A stretch of DNA of 64,000 nt from Vulcanimicrobiota bacterium (GTDB lineage: Bacteria; Vulcanimicrobiota; Vulcanimicrobiia; Vulcanimicrobiales; Vulcanimicrobiaceae). The stretch spans positions 32,001-96,000 of the forward strand of contig CAWHWQ010000005.1 of NCBI GenBank assembly GCA_963833095.1. Reading direction: 5' to 3'. The position numbers were made by a program, and so were the translations under genes. The notes beneath the pieces are model-generated. The model was not told the DNA's origin. It saw only the letters and a list, made by a program, of their open reading frames with translations, and ran no database searches. Positions 10,482-19,990 of this stretch are shown piece by piece; positions within the stretch are counted from its first letter, which is position 1; every line of letters begins with the position of its first letter.

Positions 10482-11642
10482 CTACGCCGAGGTGACCAAA
10501 GGCATTTCGCCCGGCGGCTGCAGCTCAACGAAGAGCCGGCCGTACTCGCGGGCGACGTGCGGCCAGGTCATCTGCCGCCCAAACCGGTAGGCGCGGCGCT
10601 CGGTCGCGCGGCGCAGGGACGGATCGTCGAGCAGCGCGGTGACGTGCTCGGCGATCGAGCGCGCATCGCGGAACTCGCACAGAAATCCGCGTCCGTAGGC
10701 GAGCACTTCCTGCGCGTAGAGATAGGGCGTCGAGACGATCGCCTTGCCGCAGCCGACCGCGTAGGCCAGCGTTCCGCTGACGATCTGCACCGGATTGAGA
10801 TACGGCGTGAGGTAGATGTCGGTCGCCTGCAGATATGAGACCAGCTCATCGAAGTCGAGGTATTTGTCGATGAGTTGCACGTTGTATTGCAGCCCGTACG
10901 AACGCACGAGTTCTTGCAGCTCTTCGCGATACGACTCGCCTTCGCGGCGGCGCACCACGGGGTGCGTCTCGCCCAGAATCAGATACAGCACTTCGGGATG
11001 ACGTTTGACGACGTCGCGCATCGCTTCGATCGCGAATTCGAGGCCCTTGCCGCGGTTGATCAATCCAAAGGTGGAGACCACCATACGCTGGCCGATGCCG
11101 AAGGAAGCTTTGGCGGCGTCGGTTGTGGTGAACGGAACGTCGGGCACGCCGTGATGGATCACGCGCAAGCATTCCGGGTCGATGCCGTAGACACGCTCGA
11201 GCAGATCGCGTCCGGTAGCCGAGAGCGAAACGACGCGCGAGGCGCGCTCGCAGAGTTCCCGCGTCACGCGAAGCATCACGTCGTCGGGCTCGGGCAGCAC
11301 GGTGTGCATCGTCAGAACGACCGGTTTGCTGACTTCGTCGAGCAGATCGACGAGCCACTCGCCGCGCTCGCCGCCGAAGAGGCCGTACTCGTGCTGAACG
11401 TTGAGCAGATCGGCTGGATGGCGGTCGATGAAGCGGGCGGCTTCTTTATAGGAAAAGCGGTTTTGCTCTTGGAGGCGTGCGACGACTTCGGGCGGATAGC
11501 GGCGCGCCTCGCCCCCGGGCTCGTCGATCGCGATCACGTCGGTCCGTGTGGCGAACGCGCCATCGAACGAACTCTTCACGTCGTGCGTGAACGTGGCGAT
11601 GCCACATTCGCGCGGCGGATACGAACCGAGTAACAAGACCAT
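10482..11642 (-). CDS. Glycosyltransferase family 4 protein
   Basis: SYPPRECGIATFT, QHEYGLFGG, TFGLINRGKGLE and SGTLAYAVGCGKAIVSTPY motifs. Confidence 0.9.
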   Translation of the reverse strand: MVLLLGSYPPRECGIATFTHDVKSSFDGAFATRTDVIAIDEPGGEARRYPPEVVARLQEQNRFSYKEAARFIDRHPADLLNVQHEYGLFGGERGEWLVDLLDEVSKPVVLTMHTVLPEPDDVMLRVTRELCERASRVVSLSATGRDLLERVYGIDPECLRVIHHGVPDVPFTTTDAAKASFGIGQRMVVSTFGLINRGKGLEFAIEAMRDVVKRHPEVLYLILGETHPVVRRREGESYREELQELVRSYGLQYNVQLIDKYLDFDELVSYLQATDIYLTPYLNPVQIVSGTLAYAVGCGKAIVSTPYLYAQEVLAYGRGFLCEFRDARSIAEHVTALLDDPSLRRATERRAYRFGRQMTWPHVAREYGRLFVELQPPGEMPLVTSA

Positions 11643-11679
11643 CTAGGAAGCTCCTCCTGCCCTCTATCTTATGAAGGGC

Positions 11680-11706
11680 TTACCCCGTCGGCCGTTGTGC
11701 GTAAAC
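11680..11706 (-). promoter_or_regulatory. SigB/SigF-type promoter upstream of the GT4 pair
   Basis: Minus strand GTTT-N17-GGGTAA, followed by an AGGAGGAG RBS. Confidence 0.6.
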
Positions 11707-11714
11707 CCGCTTGC

Positions 11715-12800
11715 CTAACGGGTGATGGGAGCCGAGGCGCCGACACGACTGTCGCGCCCGAGTCGCTCGCCGGGAGCGACGACGGCATCGTGACCGATCA
11801 CGCTGCCCGGTTCGATCCGGGCCCCGCGACCGATTCGCGCACCGCTGGCAATAATCGCACCCTCGATCATCGCCTCGTCTTCTATTATAACCCCGTCCCA
11901 GAGCACGCTGTCGCTTACAATCGCACCGGCACCGACAAAAGTATCAGCCCCGAGGACCAGGTTGGGACCAATTTGCGCAGTCGGGTCGACTTGCACACCA
12001 GCGTCAGCGTGCACCGGAAGGTGGAGCTTCGCGACGTTCGCAAGGCTCGCGGCCCCCTCGCCGGTCGCGCCGGGTTCGATCGTCAGCAGCGGCATGCGTC
12101 CTGCGAGCACGTCGCGATGCGCGTCGAGATATTGCTCGGGTTTGCCGAGATCGATCCAATAATCGTCGGTCGTGTAGGCGTAGAGGCCTTTGCCGCTTGC
12201 GATGATCAGCGGAAACGTTTCGCGTTCGATCGACACGTTGCGCCCGGCGGGGATCAGGTCGAGCACCTCGCGCTCGAAGAGATACGTGCCGGCGTTGATT
12301 TCGTTGGTCGGCGCGGTTTCGCGCGGCGGCTTCTCGACAAACGCCGAAATGAGGCCGTTTTCATCGTGCATGACGCAGCCGAACGAGGAGGGATCGTCGA
12401 CGTGGATGAGATGCAAAAGACCGATACCGCCTTTGCGCCCGTGTTCCACCATCATTTTACGTAAGTCGAGGCTGGTCAGAATATCCCCATTAAGCACGAC
12501 AAACGGACCGGTAATGTATTGCTCGACGTTTTTGAGCGCGCCGGCGGTGCCCAGCGGCGTTTCCTCGATCACGTAGGTGATCTTCATGTTTAGTGCCGAG
12601 CCGTCGCCGAAATAGTCGACGATCGCTTCGGGCATGTAGCCCGCGGGGAGGATCACGTCGCGAATACCGGCGGACGCCAGTCGCTCCATCGTGCGCGCAA
12701 GAAACGGGACACCGGCGATGGGCACCATCGGTTTTGGCGTTCCGTAGGTGAGTGGACGAAGACGCGTTCCCTCACCGCCGACGAGCACGATAGCCTGCAA
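11715..12800 (-). CDS. NDP-sugar synthase (mannose-1-phosphate guanylyltransferase-like), second paralog
   Basis: QAIVLVGGEGTRLRPLT, PLGTAGAL, FVEKP and YWIDLGKP motifs; AAGGAG RBS before the TTG. Confidence 0.88.
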   Translation of the reverse strand: MQAIVLVGGEGTRLRPLTYGTPKPMVPIAGVPFLARTMERLASAGIRDVILPAGYMPEAIVDYFGDGSALNMKITYVIEETPLGTAGALKNVEQYITGPFVVLNGDILTSLDLRKMMVEHGRKGGIGLLHLIHVDDPSSFGCVMHDENGLISAFVEKPPRETAPTNEINAGTYLFEREVLDLIPAGRNVSIERETFPLIIASGKGLYAYTTDDYWIDLGKPEQYLDAHRDVLAGRMPLLTIEPGATGEGAASLANVAKLHLPVHADAGVQVDPTAQIGPNLVLGADTFVGAGAIVSDSVLWDGVIIEDEAMIEGAIIASGARIGRGARIEPGSVIGHDAVVAPGERLGRDSRVGASAPITR

Positions 12801-12907
12801 CGACAACTCCTTTTCCGAAAATGGTGCGCACAGCATACGTTCGACGCACCACAGGTTTTTCTATTTGCACCATTCTCAGCGTCCCGTAACATTCCGGAAA
12901 CAACACA

Positions 12908-12928
12908 CGAACAGATGTTCGCTATAAT
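12908..12928 (+). promoter_or_regulatory. LexA (SOS) box abutting a TATAAT -10 element
   Basis: CGAACAGATGTTCG at 12908-12921 matches the Gram-positive CGAAC-N4-GTTCG consensus; TATAAT at 12923-12928; ATG at 12934. Confidence 0.75.
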
Positions 12929-12933
12929 AGGGT

Positions 12934-13602
12934 ATGCCGAAATGTAGCTGCCCCTCCTGTCATACTGAGCGAAGCCTTTGTCATCCCGAGCGCAGCGAAG
13001 CGAAGTCGAGGGACCGCCGCCTACTCTACGACTGGGCAGAAATCCAGCTCTATCACGACGAGGGGCATGGCTTCATCGAGTGTTCCCGTCGCTTCGCGGT
13101 CACGCGCACCGCATGGAACAAGGCCATCGCGATGGGCCGGTTAATCACGGCCACGAGCCTCTTCAGGGATCGCCGCCGGCGCTACGACTGGGCGGAGGTC
13201 CAGGCTTATTATGACGCCGGCCACACATACAGCGAGTGTAGGTTTGAGTCCGGCTTCTGCGCTGCAACCTGGCACAAGGCCCGGCTTCGGAGCGAGATCC
13301 GATCTCGGCCGCTTGGGAAACCCATTGAGATCTTGCTTCGGACAAGCCGCTCACGAATAAGCATAAAGCGGAGGCCCCTGAAAGCCTGTCTCCTCAAAAA
13401 TCGATGCGACGTATGCGGCATTTCAGAGTGGTTGGGGACACCGCTTTCGTGCCACGTGGACCATATAAACGGGGTAAAGGACGACCACCGGCTCGTAAAT
13501 CTGCGAATGCTCTGCCCAAACTGCCACAGCCAGACCGAGACCTACGGTGGACGAACCCTGAAACGTGGACGGTCCTTGCAAGACCAGGGCCGGACCATGT
13601 AG
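12934..13602 (+). CDS. HNH endonuclease with duplicated N-terminal YDWAE module
   Basis: CDVCG...HVDHINGVKDDHRLVNLRMLCPNCHSQT Zn-finger/HNH motif; two ~50-aa repeats starting LYDWAEIQLYHD and RYDWAEVQAYYD. Confidence 0.85.
   Translation: MPKCSCPSCHTERSLCHPERSEAKSRDRRLLYDWAEIQLYHDEGHGFIECSRRFAVTRTAWNKAIAMGRLITATSLFRDRRRRYDWAEVQAYYDAGHTYSECRFESGFCAATWHKARLRSEIRSRPLGKPIEILLRTSRSRISIKRRPLKACLLKNRCDVCGISEWLGTPLSCHVDHINGVKDDHRLVNLRMLCPNCHSQTETYGGRTLKRGRSLQDQGRTM
12958..13016 (+). repeat. REP-like palindromic element (partial plus full copy) inside the HNH ORF
   Basis: TGTCATACTGAGCGAAGC, then TTTGTCATCCCGAGCG-CAGCGAAG-CGAAGTCGAGGGACCG; the same 16-bp ends recur at 59612-59657. Confidence 0.75.
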
Positions 13603-13620
13603 TATAACGGTCGCTGCCGT

Positions 13621-13694
13621 TCCGGGTTCATCTAACGGTAGGATGACAGTCTCTGAATCTGTTCATGGGTGTTCGAGTCACTCACCCGGAGCCA
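13621..13694 (+). tRNA. tRNA-Gln(CTG)
   Basis: Acceptor stem TCCGGGT/ACCCGGA, anticodon loop CT-CTG-AA, T arm GGGTG-TTCGAGT-CACTC, encoded CCA. Confidence 0.93.
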
Positions 13695-13695
13695 C

Positions 13696-13768
13696 GGCCC
13701 CATCGTCTAGAGGCCTAGGACGTTGCCCTCTCACGGCAGTAACACCGGTTCGAATCCGGTTGGGGCTA
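13696..13768 (+). tRNA. tRNA-Glu(CTC)
   Basis: Acceptor stem GGCCCCA/TGGGGCT, anticodon loop CT-CTC-AC, T loop GTTCGAATCC; no encoded CCA. Confidence 0.95.
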
Positions 13769-13779
13769 AGTATTAGCGG

Positions 13780-13811
13780 AAAAAGATCGCGCAATTGCGC
13801 GATCTTTTTTT
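13780..13811 (+). terminator. Intrinsic terminator after the tRNA pair (symmetric, possibly bidirectional)
   Basis: AAAAAGATCGCGC-AATT-GCGCGATCTTTTTTT. Confidence 0.85.
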
Positions 13812-13873
13812 GCGTGACTAATCCGCAACACGTCGTTCCGCGTAATAACGGTATCAGCAAAGGAGATTAGCAC

Positions 13874-14317
13874 ATGAAAATTCCTCACCTCATGCTCGGC
13901 ATCGTAGCGACCGCGCTTACTGTTACCGCGCCCGTTCAAGCGCAATCGATGATGGGACCCGAGGTCGTGAAAGTCAACGGCTGTGCGGCACAACGCGCCG
14001 CCTCCAGCCAAACATTCACCGATTTCTTCGGAACGCACATCACCCAATCAAGCACATCACCGATGCTCATGATCGACTTTCAAAACAATTCAAACAAACC
14101 CATCGAGTCGATCGAATTTGCATATCTTCAAGGAAACAAAGTCAACGCGGTGGTGCGCGACGTTGGAACGTTCGCTCCCGGCGCCGTCATCATGCATGCG
14201 TTTACGTTCGACGGCATAAGCGCCTTCAACATGGATTCAGCCATGTCGTGCGTTCCGCTTCGGGTGCGCTACGCCGATGGAACCATGTGGAATAATCCCG
14301 CCGCTCCCCACCAATAG
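13874..14317 (+). CDS. Hypothetical secreted protein
   Basis: AAGGAG RBS, signal peptide ending VQA, two Cys; no family recognised. Confidence 0.75.
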   Translation: MKIPHLMLGIVATALTVTAPVQAQSMMGPEVVKVNGCAAQRAASSQTFTDFFGTHITQSSTSPMLMIDFQNNSNKPIESIEFAYLQGNKVNAVVRDVGTFAPGAVIMHAFTFDGISAFNMDSAMSCVPLRVRYADGTMWNNPAAPHQ

Positions 14318-14322
14318 GCAGG

Positions 14323-14877
14323 TTACCGCGGTGAGAGTTTGGTCAGCTTGAGTTGAATCGTGTCGTTGTTGAACGCCGATCGCTGCGGAACGTGCGTGCG
14401 CACCTCGTCGATGGACGCCGGCACTTTGTGAACCGGATCGTAGGCGACATTCGCTTTTTCAGTCGCGTTTCGATAGGTGCCGCCCTGCTGATCCAACGTC
14501 CCCGTTTGGTGGATGAGAATCAGCGGCGCGGAGCCGGCGAATCCCGACGCACCCGGAATGATCGCGGCTTTGACATGACTCTTGTTCGTCCACGTGGCTG
14601 TCGGGCCGGCGGACAAGCCGGTAAAATACTTGCGCCCTAACAGTGGAAACAAGGTGAGTTGCATGGGTGATATGCCGCTAGCCGGTTGTCCGCAAATCAC
14701 GCTGCCGGTTGCATAAACCTCGCACGTGTTGGTCGCTCTCGGTCGCGCGGTCTTCCACCAAAAGTCGGTCCCGCGAACGGTGAGGCCGCCGTCGGGAGCC
14801 GGCCCCAAGCTATCGACCGTTGTCGTCCCGGTTCCATTTCCTTCGTTCGCAACTTTGGTATTGTAGCCGAACCGAAA
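14323..14877 (-). pseudogene. 5'-truncated remnant of a probable secreted protein gene
   Basis: The frame is open from directly after a TAA (FRFGYNTKVANEGNGTGTTTVDSLGPAPDGG...) with no convincing start, RBS or signal peptide, and abuts the SDR promoter. Confidence 0.5.
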
Positions 14878-14895
14878 TTACCGTATGTTACGGAC

Positions 14896-15681
14896 ATGAA
14901 ACTCGCAAAGAAAGTCGTTTGGATCACCGGCGCATCGAGCGGCATCGGCGAGGCGCTTGCCCACCGCATCGCCGGCGAGGGCGCGCTGCTCGCACTCTCA
15001 GCGCGCCGCCGGAACGAACTCGAGCGCGTCAAAGCCGCACTCCCCGCGGGTACGCGCGCGACGATCATTCCCGGCGACGTCACCGACTTTGCGTCGGTCC
15101 CCAACTGGATTGCGCAGATCGAATCCGAGCTGGGGCCGCTCGACGTGCTGGTCAACAACGCGGGCGTTTCGCAGCGTTCGCTCGCGCGCGACACGACGAT
15201 GGAGACGTACCGGTTCCTTATGGAAGTCGACTTCTTCGCGCCGGTGGCGCTCACGCAAGCCGTCGTACCCGCGATGCTCAAGCGCGGCAGCGGGCAGATC
15301 GTCGTCACCTCGAGCATTGCCGGAAAGCTCGGCACGCCGTTGCGCACGGGATACTCCGCGGCGAAGCATGCGCTGCACGGCTACTACGATTCATTGCGCG
15401 CCGAAGTCGCGAAGGACGGCGTAGTCGTCACCGCGCTCGTCGTCGGCGCCGTTCACACCGACGTCTCGGTCAACGCCGTCACCGGCGACGGTACGACGTA
15501 CGGGATCATGGACGACTTGCAGGCGACCGGCATCGAGCCGCAGCGCGCCGCGGACACGATGGTGGCGGGCATCATCGCTGACGAACCCGAGGTGCTGGTG
15601 GCGGAAGGTTCGAGCCTACAAGCCTATCAGCTCTCGCGAGAGGATCCAAAGGCGCTCTACGCGCTCGTTGCGGCGCGCTAA
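14896..15681 (+). CDS. SDR family oxidoreductase (DHRS7-like)
   Basis: VVWITGASSGIG, LVNNAG and YSAAK motifs. Confidence 0.9.
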   Translation: MKLAKKVVWITGASSGIGEALAHRIAGEGALLALSARRRNELERVKAALPAGTRATIIPGDVTDFASVPNWIAQIESELGPLDVLVNNAGVSQRSLARDTTMETYRFLMEVDFFAPVALTQAVVPAMLKRGSGQIVVTSSIAGKLGTPLRTGYSAAKHALHGYYDSLRAEVAKDGVVVTALVVGAVHTDVSVNAVTGDGTTYGIMDDLQATGIEPQRAADTMVAGIIADEPEVLVAEGSSLQAYQLSREDPKALYALVAAR

Positions 15682-15692
15682 TCGACCTCGCG

Positions 15693-16376
15693 TTAGTCTT
15701 TCGATCCGATCGAGCGCACGAATAACACGAGTGCGCCCAAGCCGAAGATCCACGCCACAAAGCCTTCGGCAACGGGTCCGACATTGGCAAGTTGCAGCCC
15801 GCCCGGGTTGTATGACCGTTTCTCGTGCCGCAGATATCCGATGAAGCTCACCAGATCGTCGACATTACTCTGCGTTATCACATCGGGGCCGAACCGCGGC
15901 ATCTCGCCCGGACCGCTGCGAACGGCTTCCGCGATTTGCTCCGGGGGCGCGTGCATGAGCGACGGGGCGATGTTCGCGTAGCCGACCGACGCCCCGTGCG
16001 CGCTGACGCCGTGGCACTGCTCGCAATTCTCGGCGAAGATCGACCGGCCGCGCGCGGCATCTCCCAATACCACGCGCGGCAATTGCGAATCACCGTGTCC
16101 GCGTGACGTGACGTAGCTTACGATGGCAAGAATATCCGCGTGCGAAAGCTGCGGCTTCATCCGTTCGTATTGTTGACCGGGGGCCGCCGCCGGCATGCGT
16201 CCGGTCTCCAGCATGAAATCGACGTCGGCCCCGCTGGTCCCAAGGAGCGGCGGCGCATCCGGACCACCTTGCAGGGCGAGACCGTGACACGATGAGCAGC
16301 GGAGATCGTACAGCGACTCCCCGCGCGTCCGCGCGGGCGCGAGCGCGAGCCCGGCCGCCAACACGACGTGAATCAT
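15693..16376 (-). CDS. qcrC: Di-heme cytochrome c, QcrC-like
   Basis: CSSCH and CEQCH heme motifs, GRMP and GPGEMP axial-Met motifs, C-terminal GPVAEGFVAW TM helix. Confidence 0.85.
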   Translation of the reverse strand: MIHVVLAAGLALAPARTRGESLYDLRCSSCHGLALQGGPDAPPLLGTSGADVDFMLETGRMPAAAPGQQYERMKPQLSHADILAIVSYVTSRGHGDSQLPRVVLGDAARGRSIFAENCEQCHGVSAHGASVGYANIAPSLMHAPPEQIAEAVRSGPGEMPRFGPDVITQSNVDDLVSFIGYLRHEKRSYNPGGLQLANVGPVAEGFVAWIFGLGALVLFVRSIGSKD

Positions 16377-17146
16377 GCAAGCACCTCTGCGCCTTGCTCC
16401 TGCGCGGCCCATATTGCCGCTGTCAGCATGAACGCCGTAAACATCAGCGCGCCGCCGCCGATCCACATGATCGCGCCCGCATTCTGCTGATCCGACAGTG
16501 CAGCGCTCATCGAACGGCCGATCGCGTAGTGCGGATACAGGAGATTTCGCGCCGAGTATATCGCGAGGCCGAGAAATGCGCCCTGCGGGACCGCGAGCAT
16601 CAAATAGAACAGGCGGGCCGGAAACGGAACCGCGTGCGGTGCGTAGCCGACGTGAACGATCGGCATCCAGAAGAGCAAAGCGGCGCCTATCAGTAACGCG
16701 TGTTCGAAAACGTGCGCGGCTTGCGAATGCAGCGCTAGTTCGTAGAGCGGAGAGAAATGAATGCTCCACAGCACCGCGACGAAGACGAGCCAGGCCGACA
16801 CCGGCGACGTCGCCGCGCGCACGATTCGATGACGCATGATCCGCGCGATCGCCTTGCCCACGCGCGGAGGCGGCAGCGCGACGATAAGCGTGAGCGGCGC
16901 CCCGAGCAGAAGTAACGGCGGAACGATCAACGCTAAGGTGAGATGCTGCACCATGTGGGCGGCAAACGAGCTGTCGACGACTGCGTCGATCGGCGGCGAC
17001 ACCACCGCGACCGCAACGACGATGCCCGCGCAAAATGCCACCGCTCGACCGATCGGAAAACGTCGGCTCGGATAGCGGAGCCCGTAGAGGCGCAGGGCCG
17101 CAAGATATCCGCAGACGACGACGATGCCCAACGTCATGGTAATCAC
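16373..17146 (-). CDS. ctaG: Cytochrome c oxidase assembly factor (Caa3 CtaG family)
   Basis: SFAAHMVQHL...PPLLLLGAP, HVFEH and DQQNAGAIMWIGG motifs. Confidence 0.85.
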   Translation of the reverse strand: MITMTLGIVVVCGYLAALRLYGLRYPSRRFPIGRAVAFCAGIVVAVAVVSPPIDAVVDSSFAAHMVQHLTLALIVPPLLLLGAPLTLIVALPPPRVGKAIARIMRHRIVRAATSPVSAWLVFVAVLWSIHFSPLYELALHSQAAHVFEHALLIGAALLFWMPIVHVGYAPHAVPFPARLFYLMLAVPQGAFLGLAIYSARNLLYPHYAIGRSMSAALSDQQNAGAIMWIGGGALMFTAFMLTAAIWAAQEQGAEVLA

Positions 17147-18520
17147 GGCAGCGTTTCCTCGTCGAATCCGCCCCGGGCGTTTCGCCGCAGCCGGACCCGC
17201 TCGGCTTCGTGCACGCCGCCGCTTCGGCGTAACTCGCTTGCAAGTGCGTAGGTGATGATATAGCCCACAATCGGAGCGCAAACGAACCCGAAGCGGTAGA
17301 CGACGTTTATCACGTTCACCGGCACATGGAGATAACGCGCCTGCACGTCACCGCTGCCCGCGAGCGTGAGATCCAAGGCCAGCATAAAGATCGCGACGCC
17401 CGTTGCGGTGCGCCAGGGCACGTCCCTGGGCCGATCCAGGAGTTGATGCGGCTTTCGGTCGCCCGTGATCGCGCGTTCGAGGAACGGCCAGAGAAACAGC
17501 GGCGTGAAAAGCGCCAGCGGCAGCAGCACGCCCGGGAAAAACGGTGACGGGATGGTGTGACCAAAGAGATGGATCGCCCACGGGAAGCTAATGCGTAGTG
17601 CGCCGTCCAGCCAGCCGATATACCAATCGGGTTGCGCGGGCGAAGCCGCCTGGTACGCGTCGTAGGGCCGCACAGCCAGACCGGATTGATCTGCACGAAT
17701 GCGCCGAGCGCGACGAGAACGGCGACGTCGCGCATCCACAGCGCGAGCGATTTCGCCGCGTAGTTGCGGCAACAGGGGTGAGCCGACGACGTTGTGCTCG
17801 GTGCGTCTGCGGGCCGCGAAACTGCGAGTGCTTCTGCCGCCAGACGATCGCCAAGTGCAACGCAATCAGCGGCCGCGATCGTGGCCGGCACGAGAAGACG
17901 TGCGACGACGAACAGCCGCGGACCGACTGGTCGCTGGTACGGAAACGCTCCGCCGAGCAGCAGAAATGATAGCCATGTGCCGACAACCGGAATCGAGAGC
18001 AGCACCGAGATCTGCAATCCGAAGTCCGATCCCGCTCAGCAGATCGTCCGGGAAGCGAATAGCCGGTGAAGCCCTCGAAAAGCGCCAGCAGAAAGAGCAG
18101 CACGCCGATCATCCAGTTGATTTCGCGCGGATTGCGAAAGGCGCCGGTGAAAAAGATGCGCCCCATGTGAACGGTGATTCCGGCGACGAAAACGAGCGCC
18201 GCCCAATGATGGATCTGCCGGATCAGCAGACCCGCATTGACCGCGAAGCTCAAGTGCAACGCCGACGCGTAGGCCGTGCGACATCGTCACGCCGTCGAGC
18301 AGGCGATAGGGTCCATGGTAAACCGTCGTGGTCAGCGCGGGGTCGAAGATGAAAGCCAAAAACGTTCCGGTTGCGAGCGAGCACGACGAAGCAGTACAGA
18401 TTGATCTCGCCGAGCATGAACGACCAATGATCAGGAAACGCTTTGCGCAAGGCGTGCTTCATGAAGTGCGCCGTGCCGAGCCGATCGTCGAGCCAGATCA
18501 GAAGCGCTCGACGTGGTCAC
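17143..18520 (-). CDS. qcrB: Cytochrome bc complex cytochrome b, QcrB (several frameshifts)
   Basis: Fragments RKAFPDHWSFMLGEI, IRQIHHWAA...HMGRIFFTGAFRNPREINW, FTGYSLP, QPDWYIGWLDGALR and HQLLDRPRD. Confidence 0.85.
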
Positions 18521-19339
18521 GCGCGCTCCCAGAAGCCCGGGCCGATCGGAACCGGGAAGTCGCCGCGTCGCGCGCAGAGACGCCGTCGGGTATCGATCTC
18601 GAGCGGAAGACTGCGGCAGCGCGTGATCGGCGGGCCCGGAGAGCACCTTCCCTGCGTAGCCGACGTCGAAGATCGATTGGTGACAGGGGCACAGTCATTT
18701 GCTTTGTCGCGGCGCCGATAGAGCGCGACCGGACATCCCGCGTGCGTGCAGACTCTCGAATAGGCGACGTAACCGTCAACGCCGTGCCGCCGACGCCTGG
18801 TGGAAGACGAATCAAGACTCGTCTGCGATGCGGGGTCGCCGATCGCGCCTTCCGGAAACACCGTAACGCTCGAATTGACATTGAGCGCGTCTTTCGCTTA
18901 CGATCTCGCCGTTCTCGCGCACCAGACGCGAGCCGGGTCTCCATTTGGTCGTAAAGAGGCTTCTGCCGGGTGCTGGTCCCCACGAACGAAATGGAAAGAG
19001 CGCGGCAATCCCAAAAGCCCCGAGCGCGGCGACGAGCAATTTGGTCAGAGCGCCGTTGCGTGAAACTTCGGTTTGTGCCTGGTCGAGCTCAGCGCTCGCG
19101 GCGGCCCTCTCCGCGCCGGCGGACGGATATTCGTTCGATGTGATCGACCACCTGATCCCGGCCGATGATCCAGGACGACCATGCAAGCGCGGCCGCAACG
19201 AATCCGGCGAGGGCGATCGCGAGCCCGAGGCCCTCGATCTGAATCGACGCGTGCATGACGTACGCGGACATGAAGCCGAAGCTGCCGACGATCGCGACGC
19301 CGAGCATAGCCGCAATCGCGACCTCTCGACGACGTTCAT
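18517..19339 (-). CDS. qcrA: Rieske iron-sulfur subunit QcrA (several frameshifts)
   Basis: AYSRVCTHAGCP motif, CPCHQSIFD in an adjacent frame, C-terminal FPVPIGPGFWER, N-terminal TM segments. Confidence 0.82.
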
Positions 19340-19913
19340 CGGATGATGTAGATCGCGCCGTAGATGCCGACCCAAACGACGAACACAAAGTGCCAATAGT
19401 AGGAAATCGCCTCGGCTCCGGCCCTTCGATCGGCGGTCATCGCCCGACTTCGCATCCCCAAGAACAGGCCGACGAGAAGACAATTCCGGCGGCGACATGC
19501 AGCAAATGGAATCCGGTCATCGCGTAATAGAGCGAACCGTAGGCGTTGCTCGAGATCGAAAACGTAGTTGCTTCGCGTAACCACGCAGCGCGATCCCGAT
19601 GAACGCGATCCGCGGCACGATTCCGGCAACCAAGCCAGCCGTACGCCGCTTGGTAGCGTCGCCGACTCCAGTGCCCGCGTCATCAACACCATGACGATGC
19701 TCGACGCGAACAGAAGGAACGTTCCGACCGTGGGCAACAGCGTATCCAAGTGAACGTTCGGCGGGCGGCCATACCGGCGTCGAATTGCGTAGATCGAAGT
19801 ACGCCGCAAATAGACCGGCGAAAAACATCAGCTCCGACGCAAGGAAAGAGCACCACGCCGAACACCAACGGGTGGGCGCGAATCGGCCAGCGGAGCTTGG
19901 GCTCTCACAACAT
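19336..19913 (-). CDS. ctaE: Cytochrome c oxidase subunit III (frameshifted)
   Basis: FLASELMFFAGLFAAY and ISYYWHFVFVVW fragments; GGAG RBS. Confidence 0.82.
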
Positions 19914-19935
19914 GGCACGTTCTCCTCGGGGATTT

Positions 19936-19978
19936 ATACCCGAAAAAAAGCTTTGTAAAACCCCTGCGTATTGGGTAA
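19936..19978. promoter_or_regulatory. Overlapping divergent SigB/SigF-type promoters between ctaE and ctaC
   Basis: Minus strand GTTT-N16-GGGTAT at 19936-19961; plus strand GGGTAA at 19973-19978 with a weaker -35 (CTTTG). Confidence 0.55.
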
Positions 19979-19990
19979 CAATACCGGCAG

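Noticed and set aside
13621..14317. Integrative element or prophage at tRNA-Glu
   Set aside because: No integrase, no phage genes, and I found no duplicated tRNA 3' end in the window
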